Below, in pieces: positions 1 through 11,850 of a DNA stretch of 64,000 nucleotides. The notes under the pieces were generated by a model. That model made no database searches. It had not been told where the DNA came from and saw only the letters and a program-made list of their open reading frames with translations. This DNA comes from Octopus vulgaris (taxonomy: Eukaryota): contig OX597824.1 in NCBI GenBank assembly GCA_951406725.2, positions 40,796,001 to 40,860,000 on the forward strand. The letters run 5' to 3'. The translations under genes were made by a program, and so were the position numbers. The number at the start of each line of letters is the position of its first letter. Positions within the stretch are counted from its first letter, which is position 1.

Positions 1-24
1 GTGAAAGAATATATATATATATAT

Positions 25-410
25 ACTCTTTTACTTGTTTCAGTCATTTGACTGCAGCCATGCTGGAGCACTGCCTTTAGTCGAAGAAATCAACTCCAGG
101 ACTTATTTTTTGTAAGCCTAGTACTTATTCTATCGGTCTCTCTTGCCGAGCCACTAAGTTACGGGGACATAAACACACCAGCATCGGTTGTCAAGTAATG
201 TTGGGGGACAAACACGGACACACAAACATATACACACACTCACACATATCTATACACATATATACAACGGACTTCTTTCAGGTTCCATCTACCAAATCCA
301 CTCAGCCTGAGGCTATATAGTAGAAGACACTTGCTCAAGGTGCCATGCAGTGGGACTGAACCCGGAACCATGTGGTTGGTAAGCAAGCTACTTACCACAC
401 AGCCACTCCA
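25..410 (-). mobile_element. tRNA-derived SINE (family A), near full length
   Basis: Minus strand begins with A-box-like TGGCTGTGTGG and B-box-like GGTTCAGTCCC. It has an internal (CA/TA) tract and a (TAAAAGAG)n tail. Closely similar copies at 3329 and 34645. Confidence 0.85.
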
Positions 411-1329
411 ATATATATATATACAGTGGTGGCCTGGGTCTAAAAGCATTGGTTGCCAGGAGTCTAAGGGGGCCCACCCACAATTACAATGCTATAATTT
501 TTTTTTTTTTGTTAAAAGTATTCTTTTCAACTGTCTACACAGCCAGGCTTTTCCATGCTGCTTTGTTTTTAATGTAAGAGCAGGTATGTCATTATCCTTC
601 AAAACAAGGGTTGACTCTGCTTTGAATTGTAAAACACCTCATACTGTAGAACATTAACAGACCTCTTATTTTCCCTTCTAGTAACTTGATATAGTACTCT
701 ACTGCCACTTTCGGTCTTTCCAAGCTGTCTCTTTTATGGTGTTATCAGCAGTAGTATTCCACCACTAAATCACTTTCTATCTGGTTGAGGCATTACTCCA
801 GTTACAAATTTGATCTATAGCCCTTGGTAGGTTTTCTTGAAAGAACTCCCAGTCGTCGTCTATGTTATAAGTTTCTATCTCCTCTTCCTTTTTGTTTAAT
901 GTCTCAACTCAAACTTATCTGAATTTCAAATTCTTCAATGGATCTTTAAAGCTTCTGTCTCTTCCATCTCGAAACTGTTTTGGGTAGCCTGAGTCTATCC
1001 AACTCTTACCCTCAAATCACTAACCACTAACTTTATATAGAGTGAAACACATAATCAGTCTTCATAAAATTAGCAAAGCAGTGCTCTTCATGATACAGTC
1101 CAACAGCTGTCAAAGTTAGTTATTTATTGATTAACTGGGCAAAGCTTAGGTGTTCTGGAAACTGAATTTGTCTAAATTGAAAGGGTACATTTGTAGGTAT
1201 GTCTGGAATTCTGGATATAATTGCATCTCCTCCCTTGGTGTACCTGCTGAAAATAATAGTATATCAATGACATATAGCATAAATTTTCTAATCATTAGTC
1301 TTGTGATTTTGCATAACCACACCTGATCT

Positions 1330-2070
1330 TAATTACACTGCAGCAGTATTGAGGATCCTTTTTGTAGCTGATGTCTGCATGGTTGGACACCTGAAGGTTT
1401 CAGTGAAGCATCTCTCTACATTAAATTCCACTGGACATCAGTCTTCACAGCAACCCAAGTTCAAACATCTCTCTCTATTGGTTGTACAAACTTTCTCACA
1501 GTTTGAAGATCTTGAATTGAACTTGTTGAATCCTAGAGTATCTTTATGAATGGTAAAGACAAAAAAAGCACCTGAAAACTTCATAACTGCTGATACATTG
1601 TCCCTGTTGGAATTTGGTAACTTCTCTGTCAGAGCAAACACTGTAATTTCAGATCTCTTGATGACATATTTACAGGTATATTTGATTAACCTGATTGAAT
1701 TGCAGGATTCGAAATTGACATGTACCTTATGCCTTGATCAGGGATACATGGTAGGGAGCTATCCATTTGTTGCTCATTTCCTGCTGTCCAACCAAATTTT
1801 CAAAGCTTCCAACTTATGATGCTCTTTTATCTGTAGAAGAGATAAAGGGATAGCCATCTTCACTTGTTTGGGTCTCTGTGACAAATGGAAACCATTTGGT
1901 GCAGTTATTGTCTTCCATGTAAAGTGAATTCATAATGAGTTCCCAACAGGGACCATGAATCGGCTGGGTTTTAATAATGCAGAGGAGATCTGTAGATATG
2001 ATGAAATCAGTTTGATTGGAATGTATCTTAATTGTTAACCAGGTCAAAATGTGTGCATATAGCAAACCCT
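1330..2070 (-). mobile_element. Highly decayed LINE remnant (possibly L1/Tx1-like)
   Basis: Minus-strand peptide KIHSNQTDFI resembles the IHxxQxGF motif upstream of non-LTR RT domains. The rest is broken by stops. Confidence 0.3.
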
Positions 2071-3328
2071 CTTTTTTTCTGTAGCATTAGTGATGGAAAC
2101 AGCATTTATAGCAAATTTAGCATAAAAGACTATATTTCTTTGTGACTGAAATGGGAACTCCCATTCACAAAATATAATTTCCTGCTTAAGTTGAAATCAA
2201 TTGGTACATTAATTTCTGATGTGCATAGCAGCATTATTAGCAACAGTTCTACATTAATCAGGAATAGAGGGAAGTAGAGTGGGGTGGAAGAAAGGAATGA
2301 GAAAGGCTTGGATTGGGAAAGTTTTCAAATAAAGAGCCGCAAGAGGAATTATAATAGTAAAACATAGATTCAGTACTGTAGTGAGAGCAGAAGAGCTAGT
2401 GATAGCTGCATACAAATGAAAGATGTTGGGGGGGGGGGGGCAGAGAAAATGGATATATGTACCCTAAACTTTCTCAAATATATAAGATTGCACACACACT
2501 GTTTGATGGTGGGGGGGGGGAGACACACGCCTTGTGTTTAGAATGTATAGTATTAAAGCTTTTATTCTTTTATTAGTCTTAGTCATTGCATTGTGGCCAT
2601 GTTGGGATACCACTTTGAAGGGTTTACTCCAGTCCCATGTTCCACTTCAATTTTCAAAAAAAAAGGTGTTCCCTACTATGTATGGACAAACAACTTTCAG
2701 CTTCTCTCTTTATTGACATGTTGCTACAGAGAGATAACAAATTATTTAGGAATGTTCCCTGCAATAGATTAGCGTTATTCAGTGGGGTCTCTCTCTCTCC
2801 TCTTTTTTGTACCTTAAAACCAGAACTAAGCACTGGACCGGAAAAGCCTTTGGATTTAAGGAGGTATCTGCATTTCATTGCATGCATGAATACATACATA
2901 TGTGTGTGTGTGTATCTAGATAATGTGCTTATGCTCTCTCTGAGTCTGGCCAAATGTGCTTTCTTCCAGAAAGAATTGTAGTATTGGCACTTCATTATCA
3001 ACCCCCAAATGGCTGTAAAGCAAAATCGACCTTGACAAGATTTGAACTCAGAGTGCAGAGAGCCCCAAAGCATTCTATCTGATGCTCTAACTATTCTGTC
3101 AAACTGCTGCCTTATAAATATGAGCAAGGGTGTATAAAGTAGACGTATAAGATGCCCCTAAAATTTTCTTTAGTAGTCACTAATTTTCTGTTGACTAGGT
3201 CAAACGTATATCATAATAACCTGTTTCGTTTTATCTGAATCTGTACTAGCTTTTCATTGTTATGTTTCAAGTTAAACTTGATGGAGCAGGGGTTCCAGCT
3301 ATGATCATTCTAACTTTTATTCAGCTAA

Positions 3329-3715
3329 TGGCGCAAGAGTGGCTGTTTGATATGTAGCTTACTTCCCAACCACATGGTTCTGGGTTAGTCCCACTACGTG
3401 GCACTTTGGGCAAGTGTCTTCTACTATAGCCTCTAGCCAACCAAAGCCTTAGAGTGGATTTGGTAGACGGAAACTGAAAAGAAGCCCATCATATATATGT
3501 ATATATATGTGTGTCTGTGTTTGTCCCCCCAACATCGCTTGACAACCGATGCTGGTGTGTATACGTTCCCGTAACTTAGCGATTCAGCATAAGAGACTGA
3601 TAGAATAAGTACTAAGCTTCCAAAGAATAAGTCCTGGAGTCGATTTACTCGACTAAAGGTGGTGCTCCAGCATGGCCACAGTCAAATGACTGAAACAAGT
3701 AAAAGAGTAAAAAAG
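3329..3715 (+). mobile_element. tRNA-derived SINE (family A)
   Basis: GGCGCAAGAGTGGCTG head and ...GACTGAAACAAGTAAAAGAGTAA tail. It is the reverse complement of 25-410. Confidence 0.85.
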
Positions 3716-4568
3716 TAATGGATTTAAAACTGTTTTTTAGAGTAGGTGTGATTTGAGGGATATTTGGCTTCTATTTCTTACAGATTGATTGATACAAAGA
3801 AGCTCTTCCTTTGGTTTAAAACTGTTTAAACATTTTGCATGAAAGCCATCTCTAATAATCTTGATGAGCTTAAACTTAAGTTATAGAGGATTTTAAGTTC
3901 AAGTATTCTTGTACAGCAACTACACCACTGTTAGCAAAAATAGTGAATGAGTTGGGGGAAATTGCTGAACAAATTGAAATCTGAGGTAGACTTTCAGGCT
4001 CCATTGAACAGGAAGTGAAATCCATCAATAATGCGGGTGGGTGTGGGTGCTCTGATTCACTATTGATTTGATAAACTGGTAATTTCATCCTTAACCAGTT
4101 AAAGCATTTCTTTGTGTTGCTAGAAACATAATTTCTTGTTTTTAAATTTCATGTTGACATATGCTGCTCCAAACAGCATCATACTAATGACAAAATTATT
4201 TTACAAAATTCTTTGTTATTTTCAAAATTATTTGAAACAAATGCAGTCCATATCATCAGAAATATGGTAACAAAAAGGCTTTAGTGTGTGTGTGCATGTA
4301 TATATAATCGTGTGTGCGTGCTGGCAGAATACCTAGTACTATTTGGGATGAAAAGCAGCTATAAATTTTTCTTAATGAAAGCATGTCCAGTTTAAAGAAC
4401 ATGGTTGAATTTCTCTTCAAAAAGTTATCTTCCATGTCAGAAATGAAGTTGTTTTCCAGTACATTTATAGCAATTTATTATCTGACTGTTAGAAAAGCTG
4501 TCTCAACACAATTTCATCTAACTCGTGTAAGCATGGTAGTAATAGTGGCTATGTTAGCATAAATATAT

Positions 4569-4850
4569 ACTAGCAGAATGCTTGGTATTGCATGGACTGG
4601 AAAGTAACCATAAGTAATGCAGAATTGTACTTAATGAAGGCATACTCATTTAATAGAACACTAGTGCATTTCACTTGAAATGTGAGAAATGAAATTGTTT
4701 TCCACTATATTTTATAAGTAGTCCAGTGTCGAATGCAATGTACTACTGATGTGTACTCAATGGGATATTTCGTGAAAAAATACAGGATTAAATAACTGAA
4801 AATCATTTCTTAATTTTTCATCATCCCTGAAAGAAGTCCTTCGTGTATGT
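4569..4850 (-). mobile_element. Possible non-autonomous Helitron-like remnant
   Basis: ACTAGCAGAATGCTTGGTATTGCATGG reads on the minus strand as a decayed subterminal hairpin followed by CTAGT. Confidence 0.25.
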
Positions 4851-5129
4851 GCGTGTGTATCCCTGCCTTGATGTCATGTGATTGTAAACGAGAGTCAGGG
4901 TTATACAAGTGATGTTATTTGTTTCCAGTCTTTCATGGAAAGACATATCTGGAGATGAGGAGAATGATATTTTGCTTGGAAACAGGTGACTTTTGGTGAT
5001 AGGAAGGGCATCTAACTATAGGAAACCTGCCTCAACATATTCTGTTTGAGCCATGCAAGCTTGAAAAATGGACATTAAGACAAAGATGATGATAATCATA
5101 CATCGTCATCTTTGTCATGCCACTTGTGA

Positions 5130-5760
5130 GGTCTCATGAGTGCTGCTGTTAATATGGAATCCAGTACAACCTGTGGCATAGTTGGGTTGTCAGCGACTAA
5201 ACTGGCACCTCAGCTAGACTTGCTTGGTAAAGGGGGTTGCTGGAAACCCAGCAGGGTTAAAAGCAAGACCAATGAACCTAGTATAGGTTCAACAACTATC
5301 TAGCACTAGTATGGGCTCTCAAAGAGATCAGGTTGGTGTCTGGCTTGCTGGAAGACCACTGGGTGTAAGGCATCCCATAACTTTTATTAAAGCATGTCTC
5401 TAGGAGATGGTCACTCTAATATAAAACCAGATATACAGGGAAATGACATTGAACATTTTGGGGAACTTTTACTTGCACTTGAGATCATGGTGCTCCCACT
5501 TTCTTCAGCCTGCAATCCATATTGGCATTGGATATCTTACCCAGGTTTGTCTCTGGATCATGTCAGTTTAGGTTGTGCAATCATTGGTGAGACAACTACA
5601 CGATGCCTGGTCAAAGTAGGCAGGCTTTGCAGTGAGCATGGAATCCACAGGTGCAGAGCTGGGTGAAACCGACTGCTGTGTATAATAACCTCATGCACAG
5701 GTGTTGCTGGTGTTTTGCATGGGCAGTGTTCAGTTATGGTCTTCTTCAGTCACATGTGAA
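5130..5760 (+). mobile_element. Probable 5' region of an RTE-type LINE (decayed)
   Basis: GC-richer block containing TCTAGGAGATGGTCACTCTAATATAAAACC, reminiscent of RTE 5' UTRs. No intact ORF. Confidence 0.3.
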
Positions 5761-5770
5761 CAGCCATCAT

Positions 5771-5814
<44 letters not shown>

Positions 5815-5815
<1 letters not shown>

Positions 5816-6200
5816 CCATCATCATCATTTAACGTCTGTTTTCCATGCTGGCATGGGTTGGACAGTTTGACTGAAAACTGGTAAACTGGGGAGTTGCACA
5901 AGGTTCCTATCTGATTTGGCATGATTTCTACATGATTCCTAATGCCAACCACTCCAAGAGTGTAGCAGGTGCTTTTTACATGCCACAGACACAGGTGCTA
6001 GTTATGTAACACTGACATTGGCTATGACTACAATCTCACTTGGCTTGAGAAGTCTTCTAAAGCACAATATATTGCCAAAGGTCTCGATCACTTGTCACTG
6101 CCTCCATGAGGCCCAAAGTTTGAAGGGTGCTTTTTATGTGCCAAGTATGCGACACTGACATCGGCTATGACTATGATTTCATTCGGCTTGACGTGTTTCC
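5815..6200 (-). mobile_element. SINE family C (RTE-like tail, internal minisatellite)
   Basis: (CAT)n then TTTAACGTCTGTTTTCCATGCTGGCATGGGTTGGAC, with GTGCTTTTTACATGCCAC units. Shared with 11200, 32895, 46405, 47930 and 59680. Confidence 0.75.
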
Positions 6201-6344
6201 AAATAATAGTCTACAAATACCAACTAGGCATATACAATTTATCTTTCAACACAGTAGTCTAAGAACCTCTCTTGGTTAATTACAGTTTAAACTAAACCAC
6301 ACATGGTGTTACTGTGAACATTGAACATAGAAGATGAGTATTAA

Positions 6345-6556
6345 CCCTTTAGTGTTCGCATTATTCTGCCAAAATTAATGCTTTTTCATCTACATTGATT
6401 TGAACTAATCATTCATTAATCTTGTAGCTATGAGATTTTAATGAGGTAGCTGTTAATTTTTAAAATGATATTGTAGGGTTGGTGTGAGAGACCAGATCTG
6501 GCCAGTTTGAACATAAAACAGGCAGAATACTTTTGGCCGGTTTAAATGCTAAAGGG
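6345..6556. mobile_element. piggyBac-type MITE
   Basis: TTAA on both sides (6341-6344, 6557-6560) and CCCTTTAG...CTAAAGGG inverted termini. Homologous to 44023 and 56796. Confidence 0.85.
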
Positions 6557-7561
6557 TTAAACATCTCAATGGCCCCAAAATCAAGTCAATATAACTAGCA
6601 GAATGCTGAAGAAACAAATCAGCCTTTGAAACTGTTTCCTTTGGATTTGTTGCTGAAATAACTCCATATATATTGGGAAAAGTAACAGTACAAATTTTAA
6701 GACTTTGCTAATATACCATGGAGAATAGAGTTACTGATGTTTTGGGCAAAGTTGTTCTTCCAGTCTGAGATAAAAGAAAAGGGAAGAGGGTAGTGTTCTA
6801 CATCCTCTATGTATATCACTGGTAGTGAGTGTTTGGGGACTGTAAAACCACACAAGAGTACATGCATAAACAGGATATAGTGTGAGAGAGGGAGAAAAGG
6901 GGAAGGAAGTGGGGAGAGAGATGAAGAGAGTGTGGGCATAACTGATGGAGGGAAAATTAGAACAAGACAGGAACTAAAGGGTAAAATGAGATTAGCTGCA
7001 ATTTCTCAGGATTTATATTTATATATATGTGTGTGTGTGTGTGCATCATTGTTTTAACATCTATTTTTCCATGCTTGCATGGGTTGGGTGAAACTCCATT
7101 GAGGTAGAATTCTTCCAAGGTTGCTGCACTTTCTCATACCAACACTCACCTGTTTCCAAGAAAGGTAATAATTTCCCTAGTCTGTCAAACAACAAACAGC
7201 TTGGAATGCTTTCACAAAAGATTGAAAACAAATGACACCATTTATATGAATAACGAGGCTTTTTGTTTATGATCAGCAAGCACATCAAAACAAGGGAAAA
7301 TACACACTCAGTCATATACATACTCCCCCACCACACACACACATAATACGCATATGATGAGCTTCTGCTTTTCATCTACTGACCCCACTCATCAGTAGAG
7401 GAAACGAGATAACAGTATTTGTGCAGTGAACACCTAACTCCTAACCAACCAGTTCCAGAGGAAACTTCATGAGACAGCTTGGTCTGCAATTATTATATAG
7501 ATGTGTGTGTGCATGGTGATTCAGAACTACCATACACATTCAAATGGTATACACATTCAAA

Positions 7562-7781
7562 AGGTGTCGAGCTGGCAGACACTTTAGCACAACAGGCGAA
7601 ATGCTTAGCGGTATTTCGTCTGTCGTTACGTTGTGAGTCCAAATTCCGCCGAGGTCAACTTTGCTTTTCATCCTTTCGGAGTCGATTAAATAAGTACCAG
7701 TTATGCACTGGGGTCGATGTAATCGACTTAATCCGTTTGTCTGTCCTTGTTTAGCCCCTTGTGGGTAGTAAAGAAGTAGGT
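7562..7781 (+). mobile_element. SINE family B (tRNA-like head, Meta/Sauria-like central domain)
   Basis: GAGCTGGCAGA head and TTTCATCCTTTCGGAGTCGATTAAATAAGTACCAG core. Many copies in the window. Confidence 0.8.
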
Positions 7782-7902
7782 ATATAGTATTTTTAAAATT
7801 TTGTTACACTTTTGTTTTTATATACTTTTAAATGCCATTTCAAAATGAAGTCAATATGCTGTATAGAGTAGAGTTTTTGGATGTTTCAGGCAGTTCTTCA
7901 GG

Positions 7903-8340
7903 ATTGCATAGTTCGTCCTTAATGCTTGTTCTTGTGCCATGCATATAAGTTCTTCAGTATCTGTCTTTGCATTTGTATCACTTGCAAACTGACCATACTT
8001 TTGTTTTTCCTTCCATGCCGTTTCTATTTTTGAGTTTGTCTTTTTAAGTTTTTCTTTCTTTACACAACTATCAGATTTGATGATGCCGGACTTATGCACA
8101 TACTTTGGCAATGGTTCCACGGCATTTTTTTACATACCATTCTAAGCTGTTTCTCTCTGTTTCTACACAATCCTGGCAACTGGTCAAACCTCTCCCACAC
8201 TTTCTTCTGGACAAGTACAACCTATTAGTGTCACTGTTGGGATGGAATGCTCCATGCACTATCAATATTTTCCTTGTCTTTGTATCCATGTTCATCAGTT
8301 CTTTCTTTTGTCAGTTTATGATGCCAGCTCCAAACCGAAG
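7903..8340 (-). mobile_element. R4/Dong-clade LINE remnant (post-RT region)
   Basis: Frameshifted peptides MDTKTRKILIVHGAFHPNSDTNRLYLSRRKCGRGL, WKEKQKYGQF and LICMAQEQALRTN match the LYLPRxxGGRGL / AAQDQALxT motifs of R4/Dong elements. Confidence 0.75.
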
Positions 8341-8385
8341 TGTACATATGTGTGGTGTGTGCAAGTGTATGTGTGTTTATATATA

Positions 8386-9261
8386 CAAGGTCTGATTAAT
8401 AAGTATCCAGACTGTTACCATAGTAACAAAGCTAAAGCACAGAGTGAAGCCGCTTGGTGAAGATTGACCTTGAACTCTGCTGCGCATGTGCACTAAGTTT
8501 TAATGTTCTAGCTCACTTCTGCTGTTTACAGCAGAAGTGTGTGTTGTGTGTGATCATCACAGTGACCATGACAGAGAAAGTTGTCATAGCAATACCTGCT
8601 CAGAGGCCTATGCAAAGTTGCAGAAAGTGTATGGAGAGGAGTGTATGTGTCGCACCTGAGTGTACTACTGGTTCAGATGTTTCGAAGATGGCAGAAAAAT
8701 GTCGATATTGACAAACATTCTGGGAGACCCGCAACCAGCAGAACTGAAATAAACTTTGCAGATGTACATGCAGCTGTGAGGGGAAATTGTGAAATCACCA
8801 TCCATGAGTTTTCAGAGGATGTGCAGATTAGTTACGGTTCAGTTCAGTCCACTATCACCAAAGATTTGGGTATGAGACGCATGTCTGCCAAGTTTGTGCA
8901 AAAACTGCTTTCAGCTGACCCAAAAAACACTCGGGTTTCTGTTGCACAAGATCTTGATTGTGTCAAGAATGATGAAAACTTTTTGAAAACTGCATAGGCC
9001 TCTGAGCAGGTATTGCCAAGCTTTTGGTAAAAATTTGATACAGATTCTCTGCTCAACTTTCTCTGTCATGGCCAATGCGATAATCACATGCTTCATACCC
9101 TCCTTCCAAACACTTGTAAACAATGGAAGTGAGCTAGAGCATTAAAACTTAGTATGCATGCACAGCAAAGTTCAAGATCAATCTGTGTCAAGCAGCTTCA
9201 CTCTGCGTACTTTAGCTTCATTACTTTGGCAACTGTCTGGATACTTATTGATCAGACTATA
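8386..9261. mobile_element. Mariner-derived fold-back element with long inverted arms
   Basis: TA-flanked, with CAAGGTCTGATTAATAAGTATCCAGAC.../...GTCTGGATACTTATTGATCAGAC termini. The + strand carries the transposase N-terminus (HSGRPATS...LGMRRMSAKFVQKLL). The minus arm repeats the start (MTEKVEQRICIKF). Confidence 0.85.
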
Positions 9262-9269
9262 TATATATA

Positions 9270-9468
9270 TAGCATGTGTACCGTTGTCGATTTTTTTCCC
9301 TCCATCTTCCCTTCTTTGGATCTTTCCTTTTCCTATGTTTCTACACAAAGAGCTCTGCTCGAAACGTTAAACCCTCCTTCTTTCCTGAGCGTCCAATAAT
9401 ACTATACTTGTTCCACATCCTCGCGTTGTTGTGTTTTCCCTTTATGTTTGCATGTTTGGATTAACTTT
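9270..9468 (+). mobile_element. Penelope/retrozyme-like short element with a decayed hammerhead motif (9337-9372)
   Basis: GTTT-[CTACACAAA]-GAGC tct GCTC-GAAA-CGTT-AAAC: stems I and II and GAAA are intact, the CUGANGA box is corrupted. Flanked by (TA)n. Confidence 0.55.
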
Positions 9469-9476
9469 ATATATAT

Positions 9477-9830
9477 AGGTGCAGGCGTAGTTGTGTAGTA
9501 AGAAGTTTGCTTCTCAATCATGTTGTTCTGCATTCAGTTCAACTGCATGGCACCATGGGCAAAAAGCTTAGAGTATAAGTTCTGGGCTGACCAAATTCTT
9601 GTTGAGGGATTTGGTAGGTGGAAGCTGAAAAAATCCCATTGTATATGTGTGTGTGTGTGTGTGTCTTTGTATTTGTGTTTGTTCCTCACCATTACTTGAT
9701 AACCAGTGTTGGTTTGTTTACATCTTAACTTATCAGTTTGGTGTAAGAGACCTTTGAATCAATTTGTTTCACTAAAACCCTTCAAGGCAGTGATGCCCCA
9801 GTATAATGAGTGAAGCAAATAAAAAGATTA
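9477..9830 (+). mobile_element. SINE family A, older copy
   Basis: Diverged match to 3329-3715. Confidence 0.7.
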
Positions 9831-10589
9831 AAAAAAATTTTTTTGTGTCTATGTATGTGTGTGTGTGTGTCTAGTAGAGGAAAGCAGATAACGGTTTATG
9901 AAGATGATGAAGTTGTTCTTCAGGTCTGAGATAAAAGAAAAGGGAAGACAGAAGTGTTAAATGATGATGCTATATATACCTAAGTATATATATATATATC
10001 TACATATATATGTTTATAGTTGTACATGTCTTTGTACATTTACCTTAAGGTCATATTTTTCATTTCTTGATTGCTATAGATGTAATAGATATTGTCGATT
10101 CTTAGAAATGTGATGGAATTTAAGAGCATTTCCTTTGTTTTCTTACATTCAGCTCTCTGGCTGACATATTAGAATCAAGTTAATCCAGAAACATGGTGGA
10201 AGGAGTGAAGCTAAAGTGTAATGTAAATTAGTTTATTTATACAGTCTATAATCTATATATGCTGTATAAAGTAGTAGCAGCTTTATAACTATATACAGAA
10301 CAGTAAATGAAGAGTGTGTGAGTCTGTGTTTATTTTATGTTTTATAGTAACTGTAGCTTAAAATCCCTGCTTTAGTCACTCTCGTATCTGGCTAGATATA
10401 TCTACACAGTGGTTGTGAATGGAGTGAAATGAAATGTATTTGCATACATGTGTTTATACATGCACACATATAAATATAGGTGTTTATCTTTTGCTCTCCA
10501 GGATGACATGCAAATTTGTGAAGTATCCCATATATTACCATCCAACTCTTGCCAGCATGGGCAATGGATATTTAAATGATGATGGTGAT

Positions 10590-10780
10590 ATATAGTCAAA
10601 TAAATGAACATTAAAAATAATAATAACAAACAAGGTGACATGCACATGGACTGTATTAGTTTGAGTCTCGATAAGAAGAAAAAGTTTTTGATGTTCCGAG
10701 CATAGCTTTTCATCAGAATGGAAAACAGAAAAGTCCAAAGAAGGAAAAAACACCACAGCACGTGTGACTGACACACACAC
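10590..10780 (-). mobile_element. Penelope/retrozyme-like short element with a decayed hammerhead motif (10686-10720)
   Basis: Minus strand reads TT-CTGATGA-A-AAGC tat GCTC-GGAA-CATC-AAAA, after a pyrimidine tract like those at 9270 and 28455. Confidence 0.55.
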
Positions 10781-11199
10781 ACATGTTGCTTTTCACTGTG
10801 TACATGTATGTGTTTATAAAATGCATCTGAAAGGTTTGGTGTCAGGAAAATCGCTTGACTGTAAAATGCCACTTCAAAAAGTCTCATGCAACTCTTGTCA
10901 GCATGGAAAATCAAGCATAAAAATGATGGTAACGCTACTGACAATGGTGATGGCTTAAAACATGTGTTATATAGTGGCTGCTCAATAACATTAACAAGCA
11001 AATATTAAAACCTAGACTGAGCTTTCAAATGACAGTTTCTTTAAAACCAGATTTGCTATTTCAGTATGATTAAATATTTTTGTTCAGCCATTTACATCCA
11101 TGGGTCCTATCCACGTTAGATAATCTGGTGGAATATGATTCACCATTTTGTAACCAACAAGGATCAGCAGTGTTAAAATAGAAGATAAGGAATGGTAAA

Positions 11200-11850
11200 T
11201 CATCATCAATATCATCATTTAGTGTCTATTTTCCGTGCTGGCATGGGTAAGATGGTTTGACTGGAGCTGGTAAGCTGGAGAGCTACACCAGGCTTCAGTC
11301 TATTTTGGTTTGATTTCTACAGCTGGATGCCTTTCCGAACATCAACCACTCACTGAGTATACTGGGTGCCTTTTATGTGTCACTGGTCTTTTACATGTCA
11401 CCAGCACCCACACAACCGGCACAGGTGCCTTTTATGTGCACCAGCACTCACACAACCGGCACAGGTGCCTTTTATGTGCACCAGCACAGTCAACTCTTAC
11501 ATGTTACCAGCATGGATGCCTTTCGCATGTCACCAGCACTGGCCATGACTATGATCTTACTTAGCCTGATGTGTCTTCTCAAGTGCAGCAAATCACTGAA
11601 AGTCTTTGTCATTTGTCATTGCCTCCATGAGTTTAAAAATCTAAAGATCCTGTTTCACCACTTTGCCCCATATCTTCCTGGGTTGACCTCTTCTACTGGC
11701 GCCTTCCACATTTAGAGATCGGCACTTCTTTATGCAGCTATCCTTATCCACATGCATCACATGATCACACTAACACAGTCTCCTCTCTTGCACACTACAT
11801 CTGATGCCTCTTAAGCCCAGTTTTTCTTTCAAAACACTTACACTCAGTTC
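11200..11850 (-). mobile_element. SINE family C copy joined to an RTE 3' coding fragment
   Basis: Family C sequence with a 40-bp tandem repeat (11401-11487). Minus strand 11640-11845 translates to KLGLRGIRCSVQERRLC*CDHVMHVDKDSCIKKC...RRGQPRKIW, an RTE C-terminus. Confidence 0.75.

Noticed and set aside
424-1100. Possible hAT element starting CAGTGGTGGCC...GGGGGCCC
   Set aside because: No matching second TIR or 8-bp TSD found by eye.
7875-7903. Minus-strand CTGAAGA...GAAACATC hammerhead-like string
   Set aside because: The 7 nt between the boxes (ACTGCCT) cannot form stem II. At best a deleted relic.
10402-11001. 199-aa minus-strand ORF
   Set aside because: Runs through several unrelated repeats and microsatellites, with low-complexity F/L/C/H composition.
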